Source: Candidatus Hodarchaeaceae archaeon
Lineage (GTDB): Archaea > Hadarchaeota > Hadarchaeia > Hadarchaeales > Hadarchaeaceae
Direction of reading: 5' to 3'
DNA: 14,544 nucleotides
NCBI GenBank assembly: GCA_030018135.1
Contig: JASEGJ010000026.1
Location: 1 to 14,544 of the forward strand
A model generated the notes under the pieces. That model was not told where the DNA came from and did not search any database. It was given only the letters and a program-made list of their open reading frames with translations. The translations under genes and the position numbers were made by a program. This document shows positions 1 to 7,498 of the stretch, piece by piece (position 1 is the first letter of the stretch; each line of letters opens with the position of its first letter).

Positions 1-65
1 CTCCATTGACGATGGATTATGGTTCAAAAATTAAAGCCTTATTTGAACGGCACCGCGCTATCTTT

Positions 66-80
66 CGCAAACTTTAAGTA
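66..80 (+). promoter_or_regulatory. Putative BRE/TATA promoter of the first pilin gene
   Basis: CGCAAA followed by CTTTAAGTA, about 35 nt upstream of GTG 115, which is preceded by GGTGA (105-109). Confidence 0.5.
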
Positions 81-114
81 TGCGAAAAAAGGTACTCTTT
101 ACTCGGTGAGAGAG

Positions 115-534
115 GTGATAAACGATAAGAGAGGGGTATCGCCGGTAGTTGGTACCATTCTATTGATCGCCGTGACAGTGGCGCTCGCAGCTGTGATCGC
201 GACCATCGTCGGCAGGATAGGCGTCCCAGCAAAGGCACCTTACGCGATCTTGGGCGTGACGGCAGAAAACGAAGGTGAAGAAAACGTTAAGATCACCATC
301 ATTCATAGGGGTGGGGACACCCTCGTTGTAGGAGAACTCAAGGTAAGGGGCGAAAAAAAAGATGGAGCGTTTAAGGATGTTCCTATAAATTGGGGGGACA
401 ACCTATTCGCGCCAGGTGAGGAAGCATCCGGCAGTTATACTTATGACAACTCGGAAGGAAAGATAATCAAGATAAAGGTTATCCATACTCCATCGGGACA
501 ACTGCTGCTCGATACCTCTGTCAGAGTAGAATAA
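115..534 (+). CDS. Archaeal type IV pilin (class III signal peptide, DUF1628-like N-terminus)
   Basis: DKRG|VSPVVGTILLIAVTVALAAVI prepilin cleavage motif plus hydrophobic helix; later ITIIHRGGD and IKVIHTPSGQLL motifs typical of archaeal pilins. Start moved from 19 to GTG 115 (RBS GGTGA); GTG 106 is an alternative. Confidence 0.9.
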   Translation: MINDKRGVSPVVGTILLIAVTVALAAVIATIVGRIGVPAKAPYAILGVTAENEGEENVKITIIHRGGDTLVVGELKVRGEKKDGAFKDVPINWGDNLFAPGEEASGSYTYDNSEGKIIKIKVIHTPSGQLLLDTSVRVE

Positions 535-610
535 AAAGGAGGTGCTGAGCTAGCGAGGGAGGAGTGCCGAAAGGCGTCGGGCTGGTGCGGTGGCTTGGCT
601 AGTCCATAAA

Positions 611-670
611 GGCCGCCAAAACCGGCGGCCCAACTTTTTGTTTTGGGGGTGCTTTCATAACTTTTTTTGT
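611..670 (+). terminator. Hairpin plus T-tracts after the pilin gene
   Basis: GGCCGCC-aaaacc-GGCGGCC (611-630) followed by CTTTTTGTTTT and a further T7 run at 662-668. Confidence 0.5.
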
Positions 671-751
671 TCAAATTGTTCGACTCAGTGAATTTTTATC
701 GCTGGGTGCCTGTAATTAAATCAGGAGCGTGAAAGCTCGCGGGCGAACCTC

Positions 752-1531
752 ATGAAGGTTAAGGCACTCGTGGGGGAGGAAAACGGGGTCTCGGTGGTCA
801 CCGGGGCAATAGTGGTCGCCGCCGTGGTCGCCATCGTCCTCTCCATCTTCCTCGCGTTTTGGATACCCCGTCAGGGGTACGAGAAGGAGCGCGAGCACGT
901 GGAGGAAATCAGGGGGAGCTTCTCAAAGCTGAAGTCCGCGATCGAGACGATCGAGCTGCTCGGCTCCAGGACGGTAGATGTTAAGATGAACGCGGACCCC
1001 ATCCCCATTTTCGGCGGGCCGGCGAAGGGGGGGCTCCTATCGTTCGATAATTCCGGCAGCTCGATCGGCTTTCAATTAAACAACAGCTACTACGTCGACC
1101 AGACATGGGTATACGAGAACGGGGCGGTGATATTGGTGCAGGGGGGCCAAAGCATCATGGCCTCTATGCCGGCGATGGTGGCGGCCGTCGACAACGAGCG
1201 CGAGAACATAAGGGTCGAGGTTCACGTAGTCCGGCTGAAGGGCAAGGGCACCTCGATCGGGGGGACCGGCACCCGCACCATCGTTATAGTGAGGGAAAAC
1301 GTCGTCGTCGAAAATTATCACGTCCCGAGCCTGACCATAGCAATAAACTCGGCCTACCCCGACGCTTGGCGGGAGTACCTCGGCCACCTCGAATCGAGGC
1401 TCAACGCTAAGGGCTACAACGCTGCGGTGGATGACCTCTCGATCACGATAGACGGGAAGGTCGAGGACGATGGGGTGAACGACATTTACTACTTCAGGAA
1501 GGTCATAGAGGTTGAAATCAGCATCGGGTGA
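752..1531 (+). CDS. Pilin-like protein with class III-like signal peptide (minor pilin candidate)
   Basis: EENG|VSVVTGAIVVAAVVAIVL N-terminus, amphipathic EREHVEEI helix, YYVDQTWVYENGAVILVQ motif; clear paralogue of the next gene. Confidence 0.8.
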   Translation: MKVKALVGEENGVSVVTGAIVVAAVVAIVLSIFLAFWIPRQGYEKEREHVEEIRGSFSKLKSAIETIELLGSRTVDVKMNADPIPIFGGPAKGGLLSFDNSGSSIGFQLNNSYYVDQTWVYENGAVILVQGGQSIMASMPAMVAAVDNERENIRVEVHVVRLKGKGTSIGGTGTRTIVIVRENVVVENYHVPSLTIAINSAYPDAWREYLGHLESRLNAKGYNAAVDDLSITIDGKVEDDGVNDIYYFRKVIEVEISIG

Positions 1532-1535
1532 GGCG

Positions 1536-3449
1536 ATGGGCGCTAGCTTCGGAATACGCTCGCAGGGGATTGTAGGGGAGAAGAGGGGCGTTTCCGTAGT
1601 ACTCGGCGCGATAATCGTCTTGGCGATCCTCTTCGTGGCCTCCTCCGCCTACATCGCGGCCTTGATCCCCAGCGAGGGGCACCAAAGGGAGCGCGAGCAC
1701 ATGGAGGAGGTGAAGGAAAGCTTCCTCGAGCTGAAGTCGGCGATCGATACGCTCGAGCTGCTCGGCTCCAGGACGGTAGACGTGAAGATGGCCGCCGACC
1801 CCATGCCCGTCTTTCAAGGCGCGAGGTCCGGCGGCCGCCTGTCGGTCGAGCCAGCTGGCGCCAGATTTCTCTACGCCGAGAGCTTGGGAACAGATAACAC
1901 AACTTCCACCAGCTATCAGGATAAAGTCGTCCTGACCTTCACGCCACCCAAGCCCCTAGATTACCTCATCATAGCCTCGGCGGAGGTTGCCGGAAGTGCT
2001 ACAACTCAAGAGATATGGGCAAGCTTGGAGGTCAATGGAGTCGTTCACCAAGAGCTCAGATACGCGGTAAATGATCCCTCGGAATGGTATCCGCTCAATG
2101 CCCTGAAAAGGGTCAAACTCTCCAGTCCTAGCGCGGTGAAAATTCGATTCAAAACGAACACGCCGGGCACGGCATCTATAAGAAGTGCCCGCATCGTGGC
2201 GTGGGCAATCACTTGTGAATACGCCGAAAATGAAAATGAGGCCTCAAGGGTTGGTGTGGAAAATAGGGTTACTCTAAAGTTTACTCCCTCGACGGCTGGC
2301 GATTACCTAATCATCGCGACGGCGAACATCACAAACACCTCAACCTCGAGGGATACGATAACTAGGTTGTTAATAAATGGAATCGAATACGCCGGCGCCC
2401 GGAGGAGGCCAACTTCGACCACCGCTTATTATTCCTTCGGTAACATCAAAAAAGTCACCCTGCAAGGCGGCTCTGAAAGTACGATTGTAATCCAATACGA
2501 ATCCGCAAAAGGAACGGCGAAAATTAAATATGCTCACGTCGCCGCGATCCGCCTCGACCAACTGCCAAATAGTTATTATGCAGAGAACGAGGCCCCGACA
2601 AAAACTCTACCAAAAAAGTGGATTGATAAGGTCGCTAATACTTACGTAAGCCAGGAGGACCATTTAATTCTTGGCACCATACATCTCAAAGAAACGGGGA
2701 TAGCTAAGTTCGTCGGTGCTAAATTGTTGGTCGATGGTATCACTTCCGAAAAACCGTATTTTAAGGGAGTCAGTGCTTGGATTTATGAAAGCACTTTAAT
2801 GATGGATAAAAAAAGTTTGGCAGCTGGCGGCCATCAAGATAAAATCCAATATTATGGAGAAAGCGCAGCCGAAGAAGCGAAGTTCGGAAGGCTCATGTCC
2901 TTGGAGGTACCCTCCCTCCACCACATGCGGCACGGCGTCATCCGCTTCGACATAAACAACGTCTACTACGTCGATCAGACCTGGGTGTACGAGCTGGGCG
3001 CCGTCATCCTGGCCCAAGACAACGCCAGCGTCATGGTCTCGAGATTCGAGGATGTGGGCTTGGTCGCCGCCGATAACGGGGACATCCGCGGCAACCCCCT
3101 GCCAGGCGATAACATCCGCGTCGAGGTCCACTTCATCAGGGTCAAGCGGTTCGATACCTCGGTGAGCTCGATGGGCACCTCCACGATCATGCTCGTCAAG
3201 GAGAACTCCCATTACGAGGTCGAGAACAGCCCCCGCGAGAACGTCACCATAAGGGTCAACTCGACGTACAGGGACGCCTGGGCTGAGTACCTCTCGTGGC
3301 TGGTGGGGGAGCTAAACGCCAGGGGCTACAACGCATCCTTCGACGACCGCACGCTCAGGCTCACCATTCTAGGCAAGAGGACATCCCCGGGCGTGAGCGA
3401 CATCCTCTACTACGAGAGGGTCACGGAAATAGAAGTGAGCCTCGCGTGA
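1536..3449 (+). CDS. Large pilin-like protein / candidate pilus adhesin with three-repeat insert
   Basis: EKRG|VSVVLGAIIVLAIL signal; N- and C-terminal parts align with 752-1531; ATG 1536 follows GGGTGAGG overlapping the upstream stop. Confidence 0.8.
   Translation: MGASFGIRSQGIVGEKRGVSVVLGAIIVLAILFVASSAYIAALIPSEGHQREREHMEEVKESFLELKSAIDTLELLGSRTVDVKMAADPMPVFQGARSGGRLSVEPAGARFLYAESLGTDNTTSTSYQDKVVLTFTPPKPLDYLIIASAEVAGSATTQEIWASLEVNGVVHQELRYAVNDPSEWYPLNALKRVKLSSPSAVKIRFKTNTPGTASIRSARIVAWAITCEYAENENEASRVGVENRVTLKFTPSTAGDYLIIATANITNTSTSRDTITRLLINGIEYAGARRRPTSTTAYYSFGNIKKVTLQGGSESTIVIQYESAKGTAKIKYAHVAAIRLDQLPNSYYAENEAPTKTLPKKWIDKVANTYVSQEDHLILGTIHLKETGIAKFVGAKLLVDGITSEKPYFKGVSAWIYESTLMMDKKSLAAGGHQDKIQYYGESAAEEAKFGRLMSLEVPSLHHMRHGVIRFDINNVYYVDQTWVYELGAVILAQDNASVMVSRFEDVGLVAADNGDIRGNPLPGDNIRVEVHFIRVKRFDTSVSSMGTSTIMLVKENSHYEVENSPRENVTIRVNSTYRDAWAEYLSWLVGELNARGYNASFDDRTLRLTILGKRTSPGVSDILYYERVTEIEVSLA
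1866..2913 (+). repeat. Three tandem ~112-119 aa domains inserted in the pilin-like gene
   Basis: YAE motifs at 1872, 2220, 2577, each followed by related segments DKVVLTFTP..DYLIIA, NRVTLKFTP..DYLIIA, DKVANTYV..DHLILG; absent from the paralogue. Confidence 0.75.
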
Positions 3450-3450
3450 T
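3391..3450 (+). repeat. Direct repeat copy 1: last 18 codons and stop of the pilin-like gene
   Basis: 53/60 identical to 3891-3950, offset exactly 500 bp. Confidence 0.95.
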
Positions 3451-3525
3451 TTTTTAGGTTGATGAATGAAGAGCAGGCTCTTTCGTTTCGCGTGTTCGAA
3501 ACGTTTCGCTGACAAAACTTCGATT

Positions 3526-3843
3526 TTACCTATCTAAACTTTGGCAAATTAATTTCACAGGATTGCCACCTGTTCGTTTAGAAATCCTCTCTTTTAGGAG
3601 AGGTTTGATCGTATTATACTCCACCAGATCGACTTTCCTCCCCAAGGCCTCTTCGATTTCTAGCCTAAGTCCAACGAAGTCGAGTAGGCTGATGTCGCTT
3701 TCGATTTCCACCAAAATATCGATGTCGCTGTCCTCTTTTATCTCCCCCCGAACGCATGACCCGAATATCCCCGCTTTTTTTATCCCATAACGCCGCAGGA
3801 TCGGAAGGATCTTTCGTTTTATTTCCTCGATATTTGCTCCCGT
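3526..3843 (-). pseudogene. Minimal nucleotidyltransferase (MNT antitoxin), damaged, no HEPN partner
   Basis: Frame reads (ACG)GANIEEIKRKILPILRRYGIKKAGIFGSCVRGEIKEDSDIDILVE..LGRKVDLV with the GS-x10-DxD motif. ACG (3843-3841) directly follows an in-frame TAA; removing one base at 3582-3584 gives a typical ERILNEQVAIL* end at 3555. Confidence 0.8.
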
Positions 3844-3890
3844 TTATCCACCATTTCTTCATATGGTCCGGTAGGTAAAAAGATTGGCTC

Positions 3891-3950
3891 GCGTGAGCGA
3901 CATCCTTTACTACGAGAGGGTCACCGAGGTCGAGGTGAGCCTCGCCTGAT
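3891..3950 (+). repeat. Direct repeat copy 2: orphan 3' end of the pilin-like gene (attR-like)
   Basis: Encodes VSDILYYERVTEVEVSLA* versus VSDILYYERVTEIEVSLA* in the gene; not attached to an upstream homologous ORF. Confidence 0.95.
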
Positions 3951-4208
3951 CTTCAAGGATCCTGAATCGAGAATAGGCCCCCCCTGCCGTTCAGTTCCAC
4001 TTTTAGCTTATTCGAAACGTTTCTGCCGATCGAAGCGTCGATTTCTGGCGATGTCAGATCGACGGCCAATATTTCAACGCCGTCCAACTTAAAGCCGCTT
4101 ATTGACATCCCGCGAGGGGGTCGTTCTCTGATGGAGGTATTGGATATTTTTTCGGTAATTAAGAAATTCTTAAATATGGGGGGCGAAGTATTTTTAATGG
4201 TGATGTAA

Positions 4209-4484
4209 ACGGCAGATACCTACATCTGTAAGGTAACTTCGGTTGGCCAAATAACCCTCCCGAAAAAAGTTAGGGAGAAGTTAGAAGTTGGGGAAGAGGA
4301 CTACATTATCCTAGAGAGGATTGGAGACACCTATTTCCTAAAAAAAGTCGAGATCGAAAGAGACATTTTGAAGCGGGTCCGAAGAAAGGTAAAGAAAAGC
4401 GGGATAACGAGAGAAAAGCTGGCTGAGATCCTTGAGAAGGCATCCGAGGACGTGTGGAGAAAAACTCGTGAAAGCGTTCGTTGA
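4209..4484 (+). CDS. AbrB/MazE/VapB-family antitoxin (ACG start or nonsense-damaged 5' end; missing from ORF track)
   Basis: (ACG)ADTYICKVTSVGQITLPKKVREKLEVGEEDYIILE, classic AbrB swapped-hairpin motif; 91 aa; GGTGA 5 nt upstream; overlaps the PIN gene start. Confidence 0.85.
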   Translation, partial: TADTYICKVTSVGQITLPKKVREKLEVGEEDYIILERIGDTYFLKKVEIERDILKRVRRKVKKSGITREKLAEILEKASEDVWRKTRESVR

Positions 4485-4899
4485 CGCCAACACCATCTTG
4501 AGCGGGTTGTTATTTGCGGGCAACGAGGCGGTCTTGCTGGAACTCGGGAGGCTGGGGGCCCTGCACTTGGTGACCAACGAGTACGTGTTGAAGGAGGTGC
4601 GGGCGGCCCTAGAAAGGGAGGATTTTCACCTCGCGGAGAAGGAGCAGCGGTACTTGATGAGGTATGCTTTGGAGTGCATTTCCATTGCAGGGGACCCGTC
4701 AAAGGAGGATATCAAGAAGCATTACGACCTGCTTTGGGACAAAAAGGATTTGCCCGTCGTCGTTGGGGCAAAAAGGGAGGACTGTGAATTTTTGGTCACT
4801 GGCGATAAAGAATTGCTCTCTGGAAAGGTCAAAAAATTTGTAAATTCGATCACGACATTCGAGCTGTTGAGAAGGCTAATGAAGGAAAGGTCTCCATAG
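4468..4899 (+). CDS. PIN-domain (VapC-like) toxin
   Basis: KAFVDANTILSG, LKEV, DKKDLPVV, FLVTGDKELL acidic PIN motifs; GTG 4468 overlaps the antitoxin end. Confidence 0.9.
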   Translation: MKAFVDANTILSGLLFAGNEAVLLELGRLGALHLVTNEYVLKEVRAALEREDFHLAEKEQRYLMRYALECISIAGDPSKEDIKKHYDLLWDKKDLPVVVGAKREDCEFLVTGDKELLSGKVKKFVNSITTFELLRRLMKERSP

Positions 4900-4905
4900 C
4901 TTTAA

Positions 4906-4965
4906 GTCGAGCACCAGTTCGACATCCGCGGTTGCGAGCGGAGATGTACGATAATCCGCCGACTT
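4906..4965. repeat. Degenerate repeat / bulged hairpin downstream of PIN toxin 1
   Basis: GCACCA..GAGCGG..TGT(A)CGATAATCCG resembles 5705-5750; TCG-ACATC-CGC pairs with GCG-(GA)-GATGT-(A)-CGA. Confidence 0.5.
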
Positions 4966-5001
4966 ATGCGCGTCGGATGATTTCTAAGGATTTTGAGGCT
5001 T

Positions 5002-5028
5002 ACCCAAAACTTAAATGGGTTTAACCCA
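5002..5028 (+). promoter_or_regulatory. TATA box overlapped by inverted repeats (probable antitoxin autoregulatory operator)
   Basis: ACCCA (5002-5006), CTTAAA, TGGGTT-T-AACCCA (5016-5028) about 20 nt upstream of ATG 5048. Confidence 0.5.
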
Positions 5029-5047
5029 CAAGATTTTATGGGATAAA

Positions 5048-5284
5048 ATGACCTCTGTCGTCGACGGGAGAGGGAGGGTAGTCCTACCCAGACACGTGAC
5101 CGAGGCGCTCGAATTAAGCGAAGGGGACATGATCGCATTTGAGAAGGTCGAGGACCACTTTGTGATTAGGAAGGTAAGGGCGCCCGAGAGGAAACTGGAG
5201 GAAATCATGAGTTGGAATCCAAAGCGTATAGGAAAGCCGGAGCCAGTTTCGCCGAAGGAGATGAAGGAGATCTGGAAATCTTGA
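5048..5284 (+). CDS. AbrB/MazE/VapB-family antitoxin
   Basis: VVDGRGRVVLPRHVTEALELSEGDMIAF AbrB motif; stop overlaps the TTG of the PIN gene. Confidence 0.9.
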   Translation: MTSVVDGRGRVVLPRHVTEALELSEGDMIAFEKVEDHFVIRKVRAPERKLEEIMSWNPKRIGKPEPVSPKEMKEIWKS

Positions 5285-5700
5285 TCGGCCTAGACTCGAA
5301 TATCTTGGCCTATGCCCTCGACCCGACTTTTCCGGAACATCGGCATGCTAAAAAAGCCATTTTGGAGCTCGATAGTTGGCACATAAATCCAACCGTAGTC
5401 CACGAGGTTTATCACACCCTAGTCTTCAAGAGGAAAATGGAACCTACAGCGGCCGAGAGGAAGCTCATTGAATTTTTGGGCGACGAAAGGACATTTTTCG
5501 CGAACCAAACTAAATCGACCTCACTCTTTTCCCTGAGCCTCGCGAGCAAATTCGGCCTCGGAGGTAGGGATTCGCTGACCATAGGATGTTACCTGCACGC
5601 AAAGGTAAGTAAAATGCTTACGCACGATGAGGAAATTCTTCAGCTAAAAGCTTTGAAGTTCAGGGGTAGGGGAGTTGAATTCACGGACCCGATCAAATAG
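5281..5700 (+). CDS. PIN-domain (VapC-like) toxin
   Basis: IGLDSNILAYA, VVHEVYH, GGRDSLTIG, LTHDEE motifs; TTGA 4-nt overlap with the antitoxin. Confidence 0.9.
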   Translation: MIGLDSNILAYALDPTFPEHRHAKKAILELDSWHINPTVVHEVYHTLVFKRKMEPTAAERKLIEFLGDERTFFANQTKSTSLFSLSLASKFGLGGRDSLTIGCYLHAKVSKMLTHDEEILQLKALKFRGRGVEFTDPIK

Positions 5701-5704
5701 GGGG

Positions 5705-5750
5705 GTCCGCGCACCACTCGTGAGCGGGTTTGTCGAATAATTCGTGATTT
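5705..5750. repeat. Degenerate repeat downstream of PIN toxin 2
   Basis: GCACCACTCGTGAGCGGGTTTGTCGAATAATTCG aligns with 4911-4958 apart from a ~13-nt gap. Confidence 0.5.
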
Positions 5751-5979
5751 TTTAAATGACTGCCGGACATTTTTATGAAACTGTCATTTCATTGTGGGGG
5801 CCGCGTCGAGGTTGGGGTACAAATATTAAGGTGGTCCCCATATATGTATCCAATATTGAGCCGCCCTTTAGCGACCACCGTACTGCATAGCTTGGAACCT
5901 TTTCCGCACCACTTCAGGATCCGGCAAAGGGCGGGAGCAACAATTTCAGATATTTCCCAAACATCAAAACGCTAAGGCA

Positions 5980-6392
5980 TCAAACGTTTTTCAAGCCTAT
6001 CCCGATGACGACGTCGAGCAGCACCCCCTTCGACGGCGAATGGATCACCTGACCCTCATCGTCCTGCCGCTCGGATTTCCCCCGTACTCATAGGAGCCCC
6101 AGCATTCGTCGCCGGGAGAGAAGGGCCCATCCCACCTCATGGCGACGCTCCTCAGATACCCCCTGGAGTCCTCGGCGAGCACCTCGAGCTCATTGCCGCT
6201 CAGAGTAGCTCCGCCCCTGTGGATCAGGAGGATCCTCACAACCTCGCCCCCCTCCCGCTCCGCCTCCGCCATCAGGATCGCGTGCGGCGCCTTCGCGAGC
6301 GCGATTATGGTGGCGATTATCAACGATGAGGCGATGACGATGATGCCCACGGCGACCATCATTAGCAAATCCCTTTTGCTGCCCTCGATCAA
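5980..6392 (-). pseudogene. Paralogue of the 115-534 pilin, frameshifted near the C-terminus
   Basis: AKAPHAIL, ILLIHRGG, FSPGDECWGSYEY match AKAPYAIL, ITIIHRGG, FAPGEEASGSYTY. Stop at 6045; adding one G near 6048 continues VIHSPSKGVLLDVVIGIGLKNV*, matching VIHTPSGQLLLD. Confidence 0.8.
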
Positions 6393-6543
6393 CCCCCTCG
6401 CCGCTTAAAAGTTCGGGAGAGGGTACTTAACCCTTGTGAAACATAACTCCAGGCGAACCGCCGCCTTGAAGGGTGGCTTTTGGGTCGCGCATCGAGCGAC
6501 GCTACAGGCAATCTCCGTCCCGCCAGTTCCTTATGAGGTTAAG

Positions 6544-7482
6544 CTACCTGCGCAGGCCCTCGATCGCCTCGGGTCTGACGATGTACAAACCAGTAGAACT
6601 GGTGATATTCACCTCGAACCTCGTGAGCACATCCTGGCGGGCAGATAACAGCCCTTGGAACTTCCGGAAGTGGAGCGACCTTCGCCGCTGGATTGGGCCG
6701 ACCTGCTCCCATCCGAACGCCAGCACGCCATCGGCGCAGGAGGCGATCTCCTCCTCCATGTGCTTGTCGAACAAGTTGGTGGTGAGGTCAGTATAAACGA
6801 GGCCGCCCCAATTCTTCGCCGCACGCTGAAGCCCGCGCAGGAACAGCATGAACTCGTACTGCTTGGCCTCGGTGTCCGAGTATAGCCTAGCGAGGTCCGT
6901 CAGGCTGTGCAAAAAGACGACGTTGCCCCTGGCGTGGGCCAAGAGAAAATCGGCGAGCGATTTACAACAGCCCTTCGGCTTCGTGGTCGGCCTCCCCACC
7001 GCCTTTCCAACGCCCGCAAGCGCGTCCCCGAGCGAGGTGAGCATTTCCTTCCTCTTCTCTGCGGCCCACCCCTCCGACACCCACTCGAGCGGCACCGAGG
7101 ATGTCGCGAAGTAATCCTTGGAGAGGTCCACGAACTTAACCCGCTTTTCAAACGGCTCGTAAAGGTCGCGGTCAAAGCTCAGAGCGATCTCGTTCATCAG
7201 GTCGGACTGCAAGCGGGTCAGCGTGACCCACCATATCTCCTTCGGGAGCACGATGCCCGGCCCGGTCGGCGGGGGCAAGCGACCGGCCTTTATGGCGGCC
7301 AACATGACCGACGAAGTCATGGCGAACTCCATGTTGCCGGACCCGATCTCGCCGAGTAATAGCACAAATGACCCGGCCGGGAAGCCACCGCCCACGAGCC
7401 CGTCGAGCGAGCTTATCCCGGTCGGGATTATCCTCGGCGGCTTGGCGGTCATTTTATCAACTTTAATCTTGTCCCGCGCCAA
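6544..7482 (-). CDS. RecA-superfamily RAD55/KaiC-like ATPase with degenerate Walker motifs
   Basis: IPTGISSLDGLVGGGFPAGSFVLLLGEIGSGNMEF N-terminus; ADGVLAF and RRSLHFRKFQG C-terminal motifs. ATG 7452 is an alternative start. Confidence 0.8.
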   Translation of the reverse strand: MARDKIKVDKMTAKPPRIIPTGISSLDGLVGGGFPAGSFVLLLGEIGSGNMEFAMTSSVMLAAIKAGRLPPPTGPGIVLPKEIWWVTLTRLQSDLMNEIALSFDRDLYEPFEKRVKFVDLSKDYFATSSVPLEWVSEGWAAEKRKEMLTSLGDALAGVGKAVGRPTTKPKGCCKSLADFLLAHARGNVVFLHSLTDLARLYSDTEAKQYEFMLFLRGLQRAAKNWGGLVYTDLTTNLFDKHMEEEIASCADGVLAFGWEQVGPIQRRRSLHFRKFQGLLSARQDVLTRFEVNITSSTGLYIVRPEAIEGLRR

Positions 7483-7498
7483 TTTTAACCTTGTCCAA

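Noticed and set aside
3665-3862. 65-aa minus-strand ORF
   Set aside because: Off-frame shadow of the MNT gene; no recognisable motifs.
3391-3950. Diversity-generating retroelement VR/TR pair at the gene 3' end
   Set aside because: Mismatches are almost all synonymous, none sits at an adenine of the orphan copy (the would-be template), and no reverse transcriptase is present.
3391-5750. CRISPR array or canonical integron attC array
   Set aside because: Only two copies of each repeat, gene-sized spacing, no RYYYAAC/GTTRRRY boxes recognised, no cas or intI gene in the window.
5775-5975. 66-aa ORF and opposite-strand frames between PIN 2 and the pilin paralogue
   Set aside because: No recognisable motif or RBS; the AAACGTTT at 5982-5989 matches only the core of the palindrome and may be chance.
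6452-6502. Two small hairpins between the KaiC-like gene and the pilin paralogue
   Set aside because: Short stems in GC-rich sequence; at most an ordinary terminator.
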